Shown here: one piece after another, positions 26,940 through 39,900 of the stretch
Position numbering within the stretch: position 1 is the first letter of the stretch
How the letters are laid out: the number at the start of each line of letters is the position of its first letter
From: Auanema rhodensis
Taxonomy: Eukaryota > Animalia > Nematoda
Assembly: GCA_964057225.1 (NCBI GenBank)
Contig: OZ059896.1
Location: 10,974,001-11,038,000, forward strand
Length of the DNA: 64,000 nucleotides
Direction of reading: 5' to 3'
Program-made: the position numbers and the translations under genes
The notes under the pieces: generated by a model
What the model saw: only the letters and a program-made list of their open reading frames with translations
What the model was told of the DNA's origin: nothing
The model's database searches: none

Positions 26940-28489
26940 CACTGTGGTGCAAAATATTGTAACCTCTTTATTTTAACTTTTTTTTTTTTCAAATGATGTT
27001 TTGTTCCAAATCTTTTTGTATTGTTTAGAAGCTTTTAAATTAACAAACATTTTATTATTAAGAGGAAAATTAATTAACAATGTGGATGTGAGAAAAAGTG
27101 AAAATAGTTTTTTTACAACTTTTGGGCAAAAATGAAGTTAAACAAAAAAATTAAAAAACACAATTTTAATATGAAGTAGGACCTCCATTGTTTTCAATTA
27201 CCTGAGCTAAACGTCTTGGCATGCTTGATGCCAAATTTGAACAGGTTTCAATTGATAAGAGGTCCCATGCATGTAAAATCGCTGTCCGAAGTTGTCTAGT
27301 ATTTTCATACTGTCTTCCATCTTCGTACAGCTTTTTAACAAGAATACCCCATAGATTTTCTATAGGGTTTAGATCAGGGGAATTGGAAGGCCATTTCAAA
27401 ACACTAATATTATGTTCATCCAGCCATGTTTTTGTGGACCTACTGGCATGGATGGGGGCATTATCTTGTTGAAAAATCAAATTTTCACCAGGATAACTGT
27501 TGATATAAGGAATCAGACTATCTTGTAGGATAGCCTGATAGTCCTCGGAGTTTAGTGTGTTCGTTGTGAATTGGATCTGCAACTTTCCCGTTGAGGAAAA
27601 TGCAGCCCAAACCATAACTGAACCTCCTCCAGCGGTACGTTTTGAGAAGTACCTCGGCTCCTTACGAAGGTCCCTCCAATAATGATGGACTCCGTCAGGA
27701 CCATCGAGGTTGAACTTCTTTTCATCAGAAAATATGACCTAGAACAAAGAAATTAAAATCTACGTTTTTTATATTCTGTTTACTTTTGTCCACTCTCGCT
27801 CCTCATTCTCTTCGGCAAAAAGGACCCTATTTCTCTTATGAACAGGGGTCAAAAACGGGGCTTTTCTCATTTTAGCTCTCTTTATGGTTGTCGCTTGTGA
27901 CAGAACCTTGCGTACCGTCCATCTCGATACGTTTAAATGCAGTTTGCCTGCAATAGTACTACAACTGTTAGTAGAATTAGACGCTAAACGTATAATTCGC
28001 CTCTTATCCCTGTCATTCAAAACAGGCTTCCTACCACAATTTGAACGTCTTGAATTGACGCTACCTTCTGATAAGAAGCGGGTCACCGTGCTTCGTGCAC
28101 GGCCCAGATTTTCGGCAATTGCTCGATGGCTCCAACCCGCGACAGAAAAGGCGTGGATTTGAGCTTTCTCAGCAACTGACAAGTCTCTGGTTCCGGGCAT
28201 TATTCAGGTAAAGCCTGAATAAATTTCAAGAATTAGCAAAAATATTCAAAAAATTAAGTTGAAAGCAAAAAAAATTATTTTAAAGTTTTTTTTGATGATA
28301 GTAATGATCGCTGAAAAAAAGGTTTTGTTCATATATCTTTTTTATGACATGCGTTGACACCTTGCTTTATTTATGGTTTGACACATGTAGAAGTGTTTAT
28401 TATTTATTTGTGAACATTGTTCAGAAAAATATTGATATTAAAAAAATTTAGATTTTTTTCAAGAGGTTACTATATTTTGCACCACAGTG
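26940..28489 (-). mobile_element. Tc1/mariner DNA transposon, Tc3-like (DD34E), 1550 bp, apparently intact
   Basis: 29-bp TIRs CACTGTGGTGCAAAATA(T/A)GTAACCTCTT at 26940-26968 and 28461-28489 with one mismatch. TA flanks at 26938-26939 and 28490-28491. Contains a transposase gene. Confidence 0.96.
27166..28200 (-). CDS. Tc3-like transposase, 329 aa, 2 exons (28200-27784, 27738-27166; 45-nt intron)
   Basis: Paired-like HTH N-terminus with GRKP. WTK/VIFSDEKKFNLDGPDG..YWRDLRKE..GGGSVMVW is the Tc3 signature. QQDNAPIH and SPDLNPIENLW have 34 residues between the second D and the E. No stops or frameshifts. Confidence 0.95.
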
Positions 28490-28681
28490 TATATGTATGT
28501 ATGTGTGTGTATGTATTATAATACTAGAAAGATAAAGGAATATATTGAATGTTTTTAGGAATGTCCTCTTGGATCTTTTAATGAAATAGAAATGCTTAAA
28601 CCATTTAAATGTAAATAATATATTAATTCATAATTAATTAATTGTGAATAATTTCTAATTGTTAGTATGTAACTATTTTAT

Positions 28682-28710
28682 AAGAAGAAGAAGAAGAAGA
28701 AGAAGAAGAA
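28682..28710. repeat. (AAG)n microsatellite
   Basis: About 9-10 AAG units. Confidence 0.9.
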
Positions 28711-30432
28711 ACGTTATCAACAAATATGAATTTAGAAAAGTATATTCATTAAAGATTTGAAGATAATTTTAATCCTAAAATCCTAAATAATCAATAGTAG
28801 GATGATTAATATTTTCTCTTTTATTCAATGCTTCTTTCAATGTAATATAATTTTATTCATTGGTTTAATTCAAAGAATATTCACTTACGTTACTCCAAAT
28901 GAAAAAAAAATTTAAAATTCAGTTATACGATGTCATTTTATAAATAAAATAGAAAAGTATGTTATCAGAAATGATGAAAAGAAATATATAAAACTAAAAT
29001 ATATTAATTTCAATATGTATCTTTCATTCATATACTATGAACCCTAATTGAATTTTAGGATTCTTATTAAATTTTCATATTAACGTCTTCTTAGGTTTAT
29101 TTAAGTAATTTCAATAAATTAAGTAAAATAAAACATTCAAAGGTATGTGGTATTTTTATTTTATTTTATAGAAAAACAACAACTATTACTATTATGAATT
29201 GAAATATTTTATTAGCAAAAATGAAAAACCCACTATATTATTTTAAAAATAAGATTTTTATATTTTTTTCAAAAAAAAAAAACATTATCTTAGTTGTGAC
29301 CAGATTGATGAATTTCTATTTTGGTTATCTCTCTTCCTTCCGTTTTATAATAAAAATTCTATTTGATCTAATACTATATATTAGTAATATGAAATATTGA
29401 AAACTGACCGAATTGCATAAGAGATTAATAAGAAAAAGTGATGAAAAGATGAGAAGAAATTGCTAATCTGATGTTTTCTTCACTAATTATGTGAAATGTG
29501 ATAGGTGGAATCAAAATAGTATACTAAGGCTATTGAAGGATAAGGATATACATAATGAATGAATGTGAAGATGAATTCCACGAAATATTAAAAGATGCAA
29601 GAAGGGGGGATATTGCAGAAAAGTTTTTCAAATAAATAGCCGTCTTTTAGTAAAACTTCTAACTACGAAATTAGTTGATTTATTCTATCATAGTAACTTC
29701 CAGTTTTAATATAAAAATGTGAATATTTTATAAGAAAGCTTCAATGAGTTCAGCTTATCCTCAAAAATTTTGAAAGCGAAGATGGTCAAATATATGAATA
29801 AATATTATAATATTTGATAAAATAAAATAATTTTTATAGTGAACAATGATATAAACGCTTCGGTAAATCTCATCGTGTGATTTTTCTTAATTATGTACAT
29901 AGAGCGAAGTCAAAAACATCAACACTAATACTATAAATAGAGAATTTTTCATAAAAAAAACATAATGAAGACAGAAATCATAAAAGAATTTCTGAATTAG
30001 GAAAAAGTGAGGGAGAGTATAGGACATGATGAGGTGATTGGAATTGGAAACAGTTTTGGCATTGTCCTTTTAAATCTGAAAAGCCTTTGAGAATAGTAAG
30101 TTCAGTGGCCATCTTAAAATGGAAAATCTACTTAAATAAGTGAGAAGGAGTGTAATGACTGAAGAAAAGAAGAGAACTATTGAGAGAAAAGCTTTCAAAA
30201 TAGAAGATTGAGAGAGAATTAGAAATAAGAATAGATAGTAATTGAGAGAAAAAGCTAACGATATTTATCTCATTCTAAAAGTTCCACCATATATGGACAC
30301 TTTGACAATTTCCTTTATTGAAGGGTAAATGAATTGAAATAAATAGGCAAATATAGAATATATATTATATATAATATAGAAAAATAAATTTAAAAATTTT
30401 CATTTCCTGACGTTTCCTTCATTATAAGTGTA

Positions 30433-30453
30433 TGTGTGTGTGTGTGTGTGTGT
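30433..30453. repeat. (TG)n microsatellite
   Basis: About 10 TG units. Confidence 0.85.
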
Positions 30454-31909
30454 ATGCCTGTATGTATGTTTATGTTCATCAGATGCAAAAAAAAAGGTTC
30501 ATTAATCATTTTTGTTTTTTTATTAAGAACTTCCAATATATATTTTTTTAAAAATGAAAGTAGCATCTCGTTTTTTTTTTGTAAAAGTTTTATAAGAAAA
30601 CAAAATTGTTTCATTTAAATTGACTAACTAATACTGAGTTTAGTATACATGATGAATACATACACACATAAAAATTAAAATTTAACATATCCAATATAAT
30701 TAAAATTAAATTATAGTTTAGAAAGAAATTTAATAAATATATACATATCTTAATATATATTTAGTTAAAATAATTATTCAAAAATATATAAATCAATGGC
30801 CATATTCATTACAAATAAAATAATTTTTTAATTTTTTTTCCGATCAAATGAACGGCGAAATAGTAAAAAATAGAAAGTTAAATGTTATGTTAAGATATAA
30901 CAATAGATAAGCTATACAATATAGCTATACATAAATACAAATGATCGTATTTTGAAAGATCAGAAATTGGAGCTTGTTCATTTATAGTTTATTTTCGGAA
31001 TATGCTAAGAAACTAGAGGCGGAATAAGAAAATGATGCCAAAAATAGTTTCTAACTACTTTTAATTTCAAATAAATAAGTGATGTAATTAGAAAGTTAAT
31101 AGAGATGTTTTCATTGTTTCAAATCAATCTTTAGTATTCATTATAGAAATTAATTTTATTATAAGAAGAACATTTTTTTTTTGAAATCTGTAATTTGACA
31201 GTAAATGAGAAAACGAAATGAAAAAATAAGATTGCTAGCATAATCAGCTGGGAGTGAGACGAGAAGACCAGAATACGGCAGAATTCAAAAAATGAGATGA
31301 ATAATGATTTTTGTTTTGTTGCTTTGGAAAATTCTATTAGTTAGTTATAATGAGAATATATGATATTTTACAAATATAATTACAATATTCTGAGATTAAA
31401 ATATAATATAATCTTATGTATGTATATTTAAAAATTATTAAAATATTTATATTTATGAATTTTTAAAATTAATTTTGAAAACAAATAAACACACTCAAAT
31501 ATGCATACTTTATAATTATTACTATAAGTTATAATATTTATTATAAAAATAAAGATATAATACGATTGCACTATACTGTAAAAATTCTTCCTCGTTGGTT
31601 CAGATTAACATATATAATTCATATTTGCTAACGATTTTGCTTAATTTTATTATTTTCTACAACGTTTGTACAGAAAAATATTTTTTATTCATTAAACCTT
31701 ATTTTATTAGAATTGTATTATATTAATTATACAAGTTTTAATGATTTTATAACTTCTCTCTCAAGAGAATTCACTATTCAGATTATATACTAGATAAATA
31801 ATTGATTTAATCTATAAATGTCATCTGTAACAGATTTTTGAAATGAAACGACGTTCATTTTCTTGATAAGAGCTATTATAACTAGTTTAATATCCTCTAG
31901 GACTCCAGC

Positions 31910-31916
31910 TATATAA
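31910..31916 (+). promoter_or_regulatory. TATA box of the collagen gene
   Basis: CTATATAAGG about 50 nt upstream of the collagen ATG at 31962, an arrangement typical of nematode collagen promoters. Confidence 0.55.
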
Positions 31917-31961
31917 GGAACACAATTGAGAAATAATGTTGAAATCAGCTTTTCCTCAAGA

Positions 31962-33059
31962 ATGCTGTCGGTTTCAAATCGACTGTGGGCATACAAATGT
32001 GTTACATATTCAGCATTAACGTTCTCAGCTGTAGCACTATTGTCTGTATGTTTGAATATCATTTGAAAAATAATTTTATTTTCAAAATATTTTTAGGTTA
32101 CTATTACTCTTCCAATTCTTTTTAACTATATGTCATATATTCATGACACAATGAATAGCGAAATCTCAAACTGTGAAGTAAGACATAAGAAATCAAAAGA
32201 TTCTTCTAACATTTTTTTCTTTCAGACATCAAACAATGAGATTTGGAGAGAGTATGAGGAGTCTTTGCGTATCCCAACGAATCGAACTAGACGTCAAGCT
32301 TATAATAACGGAGAACATCTGGGTGCATCCGGTGTTAATTCTGATAAAGGTTGCGGAAGTTGTTGTGTTCCTGGTCCACCAGGGCCATGTGGAATGCCTG
32401 GAAAGCCAGGACGTAATGGAAAGCCTGGAGCACCAGGAATGCCAGGAATGCCTGGAGCTACAACTAATTCTGAGCCTTGTAACCCAATCACTCCACCACC
32501 TTGCCCACAATGCCCTACTGGACCTCCAGGACCCCCAGGAGAGCAAGGAGCAGCTGGAGATGCCGGTCCAGGAGGTGCACCAGGACGACCCGGAGCAGAA
32601 GGGTACTTAAATTCCAAACTATGTTTCTTAATTGTAGTTAAATTGTTCTAGAAATCCAGGCGAGACAGGAGCAAAAGGAGCTCCAGGACCTCCAGGAGAA
32701 ATGGGTCAACAAGGATTACCCGGAGAACCAGGAACCCCTGCACCTAATGAATCTGTTGAACCCGGAGAGCCAGGAGCTCCAGGAGATCAAGGTGAAACAG
32801 GACCACCGGGACCACCAGGACAACCAGGACCAGATGGAGCTTTGGGTATGAAAGCATATGAGAAAAAAAGTAATTTTTATCTTCAGGACGTCCTGGACCA
32901 AAAGGAGCAACTGGAGCTGATGGAGCACCTGGAGCAGAAGGGCCAGCAGGAGAAAAAGGAGCACCAGGATCTCCAGGAAAGCCCGGAGAGAAAGGAATTT
33001 GCCCCAAGTATTGTGCTATGGATGGCGGAGTTTTCTTCGAAGATGGAACTCGACGTTAA
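31962..33059 (+). CDS. Nematode cuticle collagen (5 exons)
   Basis: N-terminal Col_cuticle_N TM ([25 protein letters not shown]), furin site RTRRQA, Cys clusters [13 protein letters not shown] and [13 protein letters not shown], Gly-X-Y repeats, and the C-terminus [20 protein letters not shown]. Confidence 0.97.
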
Positions 33060-33631
33060 TTCAATTTCATATGGCCAATATATATCAAATAAATATATTA
33101 TTGAAGCAAAAAAAATCTGTTTTTCACTTTATCCAAAACTATAAAAAGCAGTGAATGTGGGTTGTTTGAGTATTAAATATATATATACGCATATATAGTA
33201 TATATATGTATATCATATTTTATTTAAAAAATAAAAAGTAAAAATGAAGAAAAAAAAAAGGTTTTACAACGAAAATAAAAATTTATTTTCTGTCAGATCA
33301 AATATAACAAGAAGAAATGTTCTTTTCTCTTTTAAAATATACAAAAGATATATATATATATAAAGATGAATAATAATTTATATATGTATATAACTACATA
33401 TATAACTATTATTCTTACATAATTTTAAAATTTTTAATTATAAAAACAATTTTACCAGTTAAACTACCACATATAATTCATATTAATCGGGACAAAATTG
33501 AAAATAATATTTTTTGATACATGAGAGGAATTTCAATAAAAATTTCGAATCAATCGCTTTAGAGCTCTATTTGATGTTTTGGAAGATATTAGAGATTTTC
33601 TAGAAAGAATCATAATAATATAGTTTAAATT

Positions 33632-36544
33632 TCATTCTTCTGCATTCTGAATCCAGCGCATGACGCGTGCATTCTTTTCCAAAAGACTTAGACCTCTTCC
33701 TCGAGCTTCTGAAAAAATGAAAAACTTTAAAACAATTTCAGAAATGATTACAAACCTTCATTAACAGGAGTGTCATTTGGTTTCTGATTAGAAATGGATG
33801 TTAAGTTTTCTGATTGATCATCATCGTCGTCACGTTTTGCTTGTGAAGCATCAAAAAAACCGTCATCTGTAGATCTTTCACTGCCAGGCTGTCTTCAAAA
33901 AAAGAACGAGGTTGTATATAATCCTTTATTTTTGTATAAAATACCTTTTATCGTCATAATCACTATGAGGAAGCCCACTATCTGTTGTAGGCGATGGTAA
34001 AGAGGGAGCTTTACGAGGAAAACGTAGTATTTGGCCGTATGGGGCAGAACCTTCGCTGAAACAATTGAGAAATTAAATAATCAAATATAAATAAATAGTA
34101 TACCTGTCTTCAGAATCACTTGTATCTTCTGAATAAGTTTGTCTTACGGCTTCTTCTAAATATTGTCTTTCGCTTTCATCCATTATGTTTGTGGTTGATG
34201 TTGATTGCTGAAATAAACATGATATTTGATGAAAGACTTAATCAAAAAATGCTCACAATATCCGGTTCAGAAACTTGTAGAATGGGGGTAGCTGGACGAT
34301 GAGCTCCACTTCGTCTCTTCACAGAGGCAACCGAGCATCTGGTTAATCCTTGACAAGGTTTGGCTTAAAATATCTTATTGAAAAATAAATAAAATACTGT
34401 TAAACTCACCAGATAGTTTTGGAACAGCTTGTTTAGTTTGCCAAGAGTTATCGGAATCTGAAGTCAAACGACGAGGCTTGGGAACTGGAGCACATCCATT
34501 TTCATTGATCTCGTTTCCAGTTGGTAGTTCAGTCATAGACTTCTAAACAAGATATGTTAATATAATTAAGAATTACCAAAATTCGAATTAAAATAGAAAG
34601 CAAACTAAAAATAGAAAATTGATAAAATAAAATTTAGACATAACAGTATTGCAGAAAAGATAAATACGATTTGGAAGTAGATCAGAAAGGTATCAGTAAG
34701 AAAATACGAAAGAGGAAGAGAGATAAAGAAATAGAGAAAAGAATACAAGAAACCTGCAGCTGATCAAGTCGTTATCATCATCAACACACATAAACATGAT
34801 GATAACGATCATTATCAGATAGCAACACTGATGGTTAGCCTGTTAAATTTGACGCGTAAAGAGATTTTCAATAAATGCAATCATGATATTGATGGATAAA
34901 TGATAACAGTTGACCTATGTTGCTTTATGCCTTTTAATGTTGCAACATCAACATGAAAAAAAAACATGAATAAACTTGCTTACCATTTTCGAGAGCCGAG
35001 GTTTAGGAATGGGTGGTGAAACTGGACACGTTTCAGTTGAACTTGGAAGAATAGATATTGGTTTTGTAGAAGTAATATCAGTGGATAATCTATAAATTAT
35101 TAAATTATTTTTGAAATAATTTAAATTTAATGTAATATTCTGTATTAAAACTTACTCTTCAGTTCGTATTCTCATAGCTTCACTTTTTGGAGGAAGGGGT
35201 GGTGGAACACGTGAAGAACGAAAAGCTAGATGTGTTGAAGGAATACGGACGACAGGAATACCAGCAGAAAATATCTAAATATAGAAAAAAATTAATAAAT
35301 ATAAGGTACATTCATATATAATATGTGTAATAACTATTTAAAAAAAATAGAGATCAAAACGTATAAGATTTTGAGTGCAAAAGTTCACTTACAGTTGGTA
35401 TATCACTTGTATGTGGCTGATTCAAGTTATATGAAGAAGTGGTCTTGGTCGTCCTGACAGTTGGATGACATCGTTGATGATGGGTTCCACACATGCTACT
35501 GCTGCTACTACTGCTGGTACTTTGGTCGCTGCTCACGACGTCACCACCACGCCCAGATGATACGACGATCACTCCACCTAAAAAAGGATCTGTTTGAGAG
35601 ATATGGCCAGGAAGCGTTATGAAAGTTTTTTTCATGAACCACGAAAACTTTAAAGAAGAACATAATCGTTTTAGAGTAAATATGAAAAGAATAGAAATAA
35701 CTATGTTTTCTCAAGTTTATTGTAAATAAATTGTCCCGTCCCCCCCATCGCATATAAAGAAAACAGTCCGAAGAAGCTTTGGAAGTTCATACACACTTGA
35801 TGTGATAGCTTGTTTCGGAAATGAAAAGCTGAGAACGTCCTCGACGACAACAGTACCACTTTGCAATTGACCGGGCAAAATAGCAAAAGAGTAGGCAAAA
35901 GAATCGTTTTTATCATGATTCTGTCATTTCGTGTGAATAAAACATTCTACTTTACATTAGTACCCATAGAAGATGAAGGCTGAAGCTGAATAGACTACAG
36001 ATAGAACAACGTCTAATCAACAATGGTCCAGGTAAATTGAGATTACAAACCCGTTCACATGCATGTAATGTTTTTCTATTATTTATAGATTCAATAAAAA
36101 TATTCAAATAGCAGAAGTAGGAAGAATAAATAAAATAGTGAGAGAGAGAGAGAGAGAGAGAGATGTTGACAAAAAGTCCCAGCATGGTTTTATAGTTAAA
36201 AGCTTAAATTATTATTTGAAGTAATGCTTATTTATAAAAATAAATAAATAAAACTAATGTAAGATAATAAGAAATAAAATTATTTTCTTATTTCTTTCAT
36301 CTATAATTGAAAGTTTCTAGGAAACATGATGAATAACTTAGATAATAACTAAAGATATGATTGACTGCTTTGACAAAATAAATAAACGATTGACAGATGT
36401 GAATATAAGGTAAATAACGGAAAATTTAAAGAAATTACCTCTCGAGAGTGTCGAAGTAAAGTTTTGTTGATGAGGATATTTTTGAGGAAAATTTATAACA
36501 TTTCTTCGATCCATGTTATAAGATGATGGCTGATAAGACATCAT
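33632..36544 (-). CDS. Ser/Pro-rich protein with a FAM110-like C-terminal motif (about 10 exons)
   Basis: Phase-compatible exons run from MMSYQPSSY (36544-36439) through GGVIVVSS (35577-35393), VPPPLPPKS and two PKPR motifs. The last exon is RGLSLLEKNARVMRWIQNAEE*, matching the FAM110 C-terminal consensus G.S..ERNAR.IKW from memory. Confidence 0.72.
34754..34825 (-). ncRNA. Candidate intronic microRNA-like hairpin in the FAM110-like gene
   Basis: Perfect 13-bp stem (34769-34781 with 34796-34808), 14-nt loop, and two further lower helices. Confidence 0.35.
36140..36163. repeat. (GA)n microsatellite
   Basis: About 12 GA units in the first intron of the FAM110-like gene. Confidence 0.85.
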
Positions 36545-36915
36545 TTCTATTATTCTGAAAGCAAATTGATATAATTAAAATATATATATAATTAAATAAA
36601 TAAATAAAAAGAAAAGAAAACCGTATACTATAATAAACAAAGATTAAATATAATTAACAATTAAATGAGAATATGATATATGATTTCAGAAGAAAATAGA
36701 CAATATATAATAGTTGGAATGTTCAAATGAAATGGAATTTGTAGTTGTGTAGTAATTTGGTAAGTATTGAAAGTTTAAGAAAATTCCAACAAAACGTTTT
36801 GCAAATAATGAATTTGGAAGAAGAGAAATGGTTCTTCTCGATTTCGCGGAGAAAATAATCGAAATTCTGACCATAAGTTCAAGTAAGTTATCATTTTCTG
36901 CACAAAAAAAGTGAA

Positions 36916-36920
<5 letters not shown>

Positions 36921-36984
<64 letters not shown>
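36921..36984. repeat. (TA)n microsatellite
   Basis: About 32 perfect TA units. Confidence 0.97.
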
Positions 36985-36987
<3 letters not shown>

Positions 36988-39900
36988 TAATGTTTATGTG
37001 TTATAAGCATATAGGTTATGCTCAAAATATGAAAAGAAATGATAGATTGAAGCCGAGAAATAATTACGAAAAGAAACTGGATAGTACGAGATAAAAAGGA
37101 AAGTTAATAACTGTTCTATGAGTCTGTTATAGTATAAATGAAACAGGGTTGAAGATTTCACGTAACTAATGTACACGTGGAATACGAGTCATGCACGTGA
37201 AATAATGATAATAAACCAGAAAAGTAATGTTTAGATAATAAAAAGAGAAAGAATAAAAACTTTTTTATAAATTCAAAATTCAAAAATCTCAATATTCTTT
37301 AGTTTGTTTGTTTTAGAAAAAAAAACTTATATTAATTATGTGTATAATAAGATTAATAGAATATGGAAATGTTATAACTAAATGAGAATAAAGAATGAAT
37401 ATTGAATGAAAGATAGAAACAGCAATTATAATGATTGTTCATTGATATGACCTGTGGCTATTTTCAAAAAAGAACGATGAGCAAAAAACCCATTCAGAAG
37501 AAAATGAAGGATCTCTTACAAGGTGTGAATAGGGGCACTTGTATCATACAGCACTTAATTCAAAATATATAATTGACGAATATATTTCATTTTATAATAT
37601 ATGAACAACATAAGGCTTTAATACCCAAAGTTATATAGAATCCATAATTTTTTAAAAATGAATATTCTATTATAAAAAATAAAATAGAAAATAAACGTTT
37701 TGTTTTATATTTGAAAATATTAATGATGATTATAATTACTAAAGAGGAATTATTTATATTTATATTGAAATCTATGTAAATAAATGAAAACGTTTTTCAT
37801 TAAAAGTTTCAACAGAAAAACGAAAAGAATATTATATTCCATTCTAAATGTGAGCAATCTCAATAATAAGCTCAAATATTGTTAAAAATTCAAGCGAATA
37901 GTTGAGATGAACAAACATGGAAAGGAAATAAATTCAAAAAAAAAAATTAAACATAACTAGCGAAATGTATAAGCATACAACATCAATTATATTGCTATAT
38001 GCATATATATATATACTTTGAATTCTTATCATATAATAGTTAATATATGTTTATATTATTTCGATAGATACATAATTGTATTTTTTTTCATAAAATAAAA
38101 TGATATTAATAAGAAAATATAAAAATATATTCTATTAAATCAGAATTCAGAGGACACTAAAAGAAAATAGAACAATAAAATACATTTTCACATAGAATAA
38201 TACAATGTTTCTTTACAATATCATATACATAAGTTTAAATATGACTTGTTTTTCAACTAAATTTTATTTTAAAAATAAGATCAGAAAAGAAGATGTATTA
38301 TAAAGATCGAAGAATATATTATACATATAGACAACATTTAATTAATTTTTAAAATATTTTAATTAAAATTTCTTAGCTTAGAAAGCAGAAAAAAACATGA
38401 AAATTCAAAGAATTAATCGAAAAAAAGACATTTTAATGCGTGAATCATAATGATTGTGATAATGATGATGTGAGGAGATAAGCAAGTTGTTCCACATGCT
38501 AGAACATGAGAGTCCTGGAAAACTGATTTTTCAGATCATAATGGGATAGATTTATTTGATAATTGTTTTTTTTCACATTTAATTAATTGATTTATTTTTT
38601 TGCCAATTCGGTAAAAATGAGTAGGATGACGATGACTGATGATTTGGATGATAACGTGCAGATGTGTTCACGGAGTGAGTGAAAGAAAGAGAGAATGAGA
38701 GAAAAAGAAACAGATTGAAGGAGAAAGGTGAAAGAGAGAGAGAGAGGGATTTCCTAAGTTTCCCGGATGTTAGATACATTGAATGACAATAACATTGAAA
38801 TGTAAAAATTGGCAAGACATAAAACCCGTTGAATCAATCAATTGTGCATACTGTTCTATTAAAATATAAATAGAATTTTTAAAAAATGAGAAAGTGATGG
38901 AGAAAAAGAATAAATATTTGGAATTATTCAGTCAATTTTATTACAAAAATACTTTCATATCTTAATGTTTAAAATTAAGATTTCGTATTTTTATGAATTA
39001 TGTTATACTTATTATTATTTTTTTATATTAAAAATTATAAAATAAGATTACCATAGCATTATCGTAATCTCATATATATTTTCTACTTTTGGCATATACA
39101 TATGTATAAAGTAACATTCACATTCTATACATTTTACCGTTGTGAACATCTTCTGAAAATGGAATGGCATTTCTGATAAAGACGTCAACATTTACAAAGA
39201 AGGCGTTGATGTTGATTACGAGAAAACAATGATGACTGTGACTAGCATTGGGTGGAGTTTATTGTCTTTCTTACTGGAAAATGTTCAAAGTAATTGAGAA
39301 ACGTTCACACGTTTATGCAACGTATAGAGTATATAATATGTGAGATCAAAAAGGTTTCTCACGTGAGATGTCTTGAATATCTTGAATTCCATCAAATGAA
39401 GAATTATATTTATATAAGACAATGCCATATAGTTCACATGTTCTGTATAAGGAAGTGGAAAAAAAAAGAAATTTTATCTGTTTCTGCTCTATTCTACCGG
39501 AAACTAACGTCAATCATATTAATGTCGATGAACTGTAGTATATGTACATCATAATGAGTAGCACATGATAATTGTCTCGAAAAAAAAGATGAACGTGTAA
39601 CAGGTTCTCGTTTGTCTTCGTTCGTTAATCTTATTGGCACTTTTAAAAGTTTAAAAGCTAGCTTGCTAGCTAATCAACAATTAGTATAGCAAAATGTTTT
39701 AATATTTATATTATATCTATGTCTATATATATATATATATAATATGTTTTTATATAAAGTTGTTTGAAATGAAAAAAAAGATCAGGAAAACAAAGGAAAT
39801 GTCATTTCGTGAATTCAAAGCTAAGCGTTTGTTTAACAAAAATCTAAAAAACACACGTGCAAATCTTTCTTCCAATTGATTGTGGACTATTACTTTAGTA

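Noticed and set aside
32229-33007. Antisense and alternative-frame ORFs over the collagen
   Set aside because: They are shadows of the GC-rich Gly-X-Y codon repeat.
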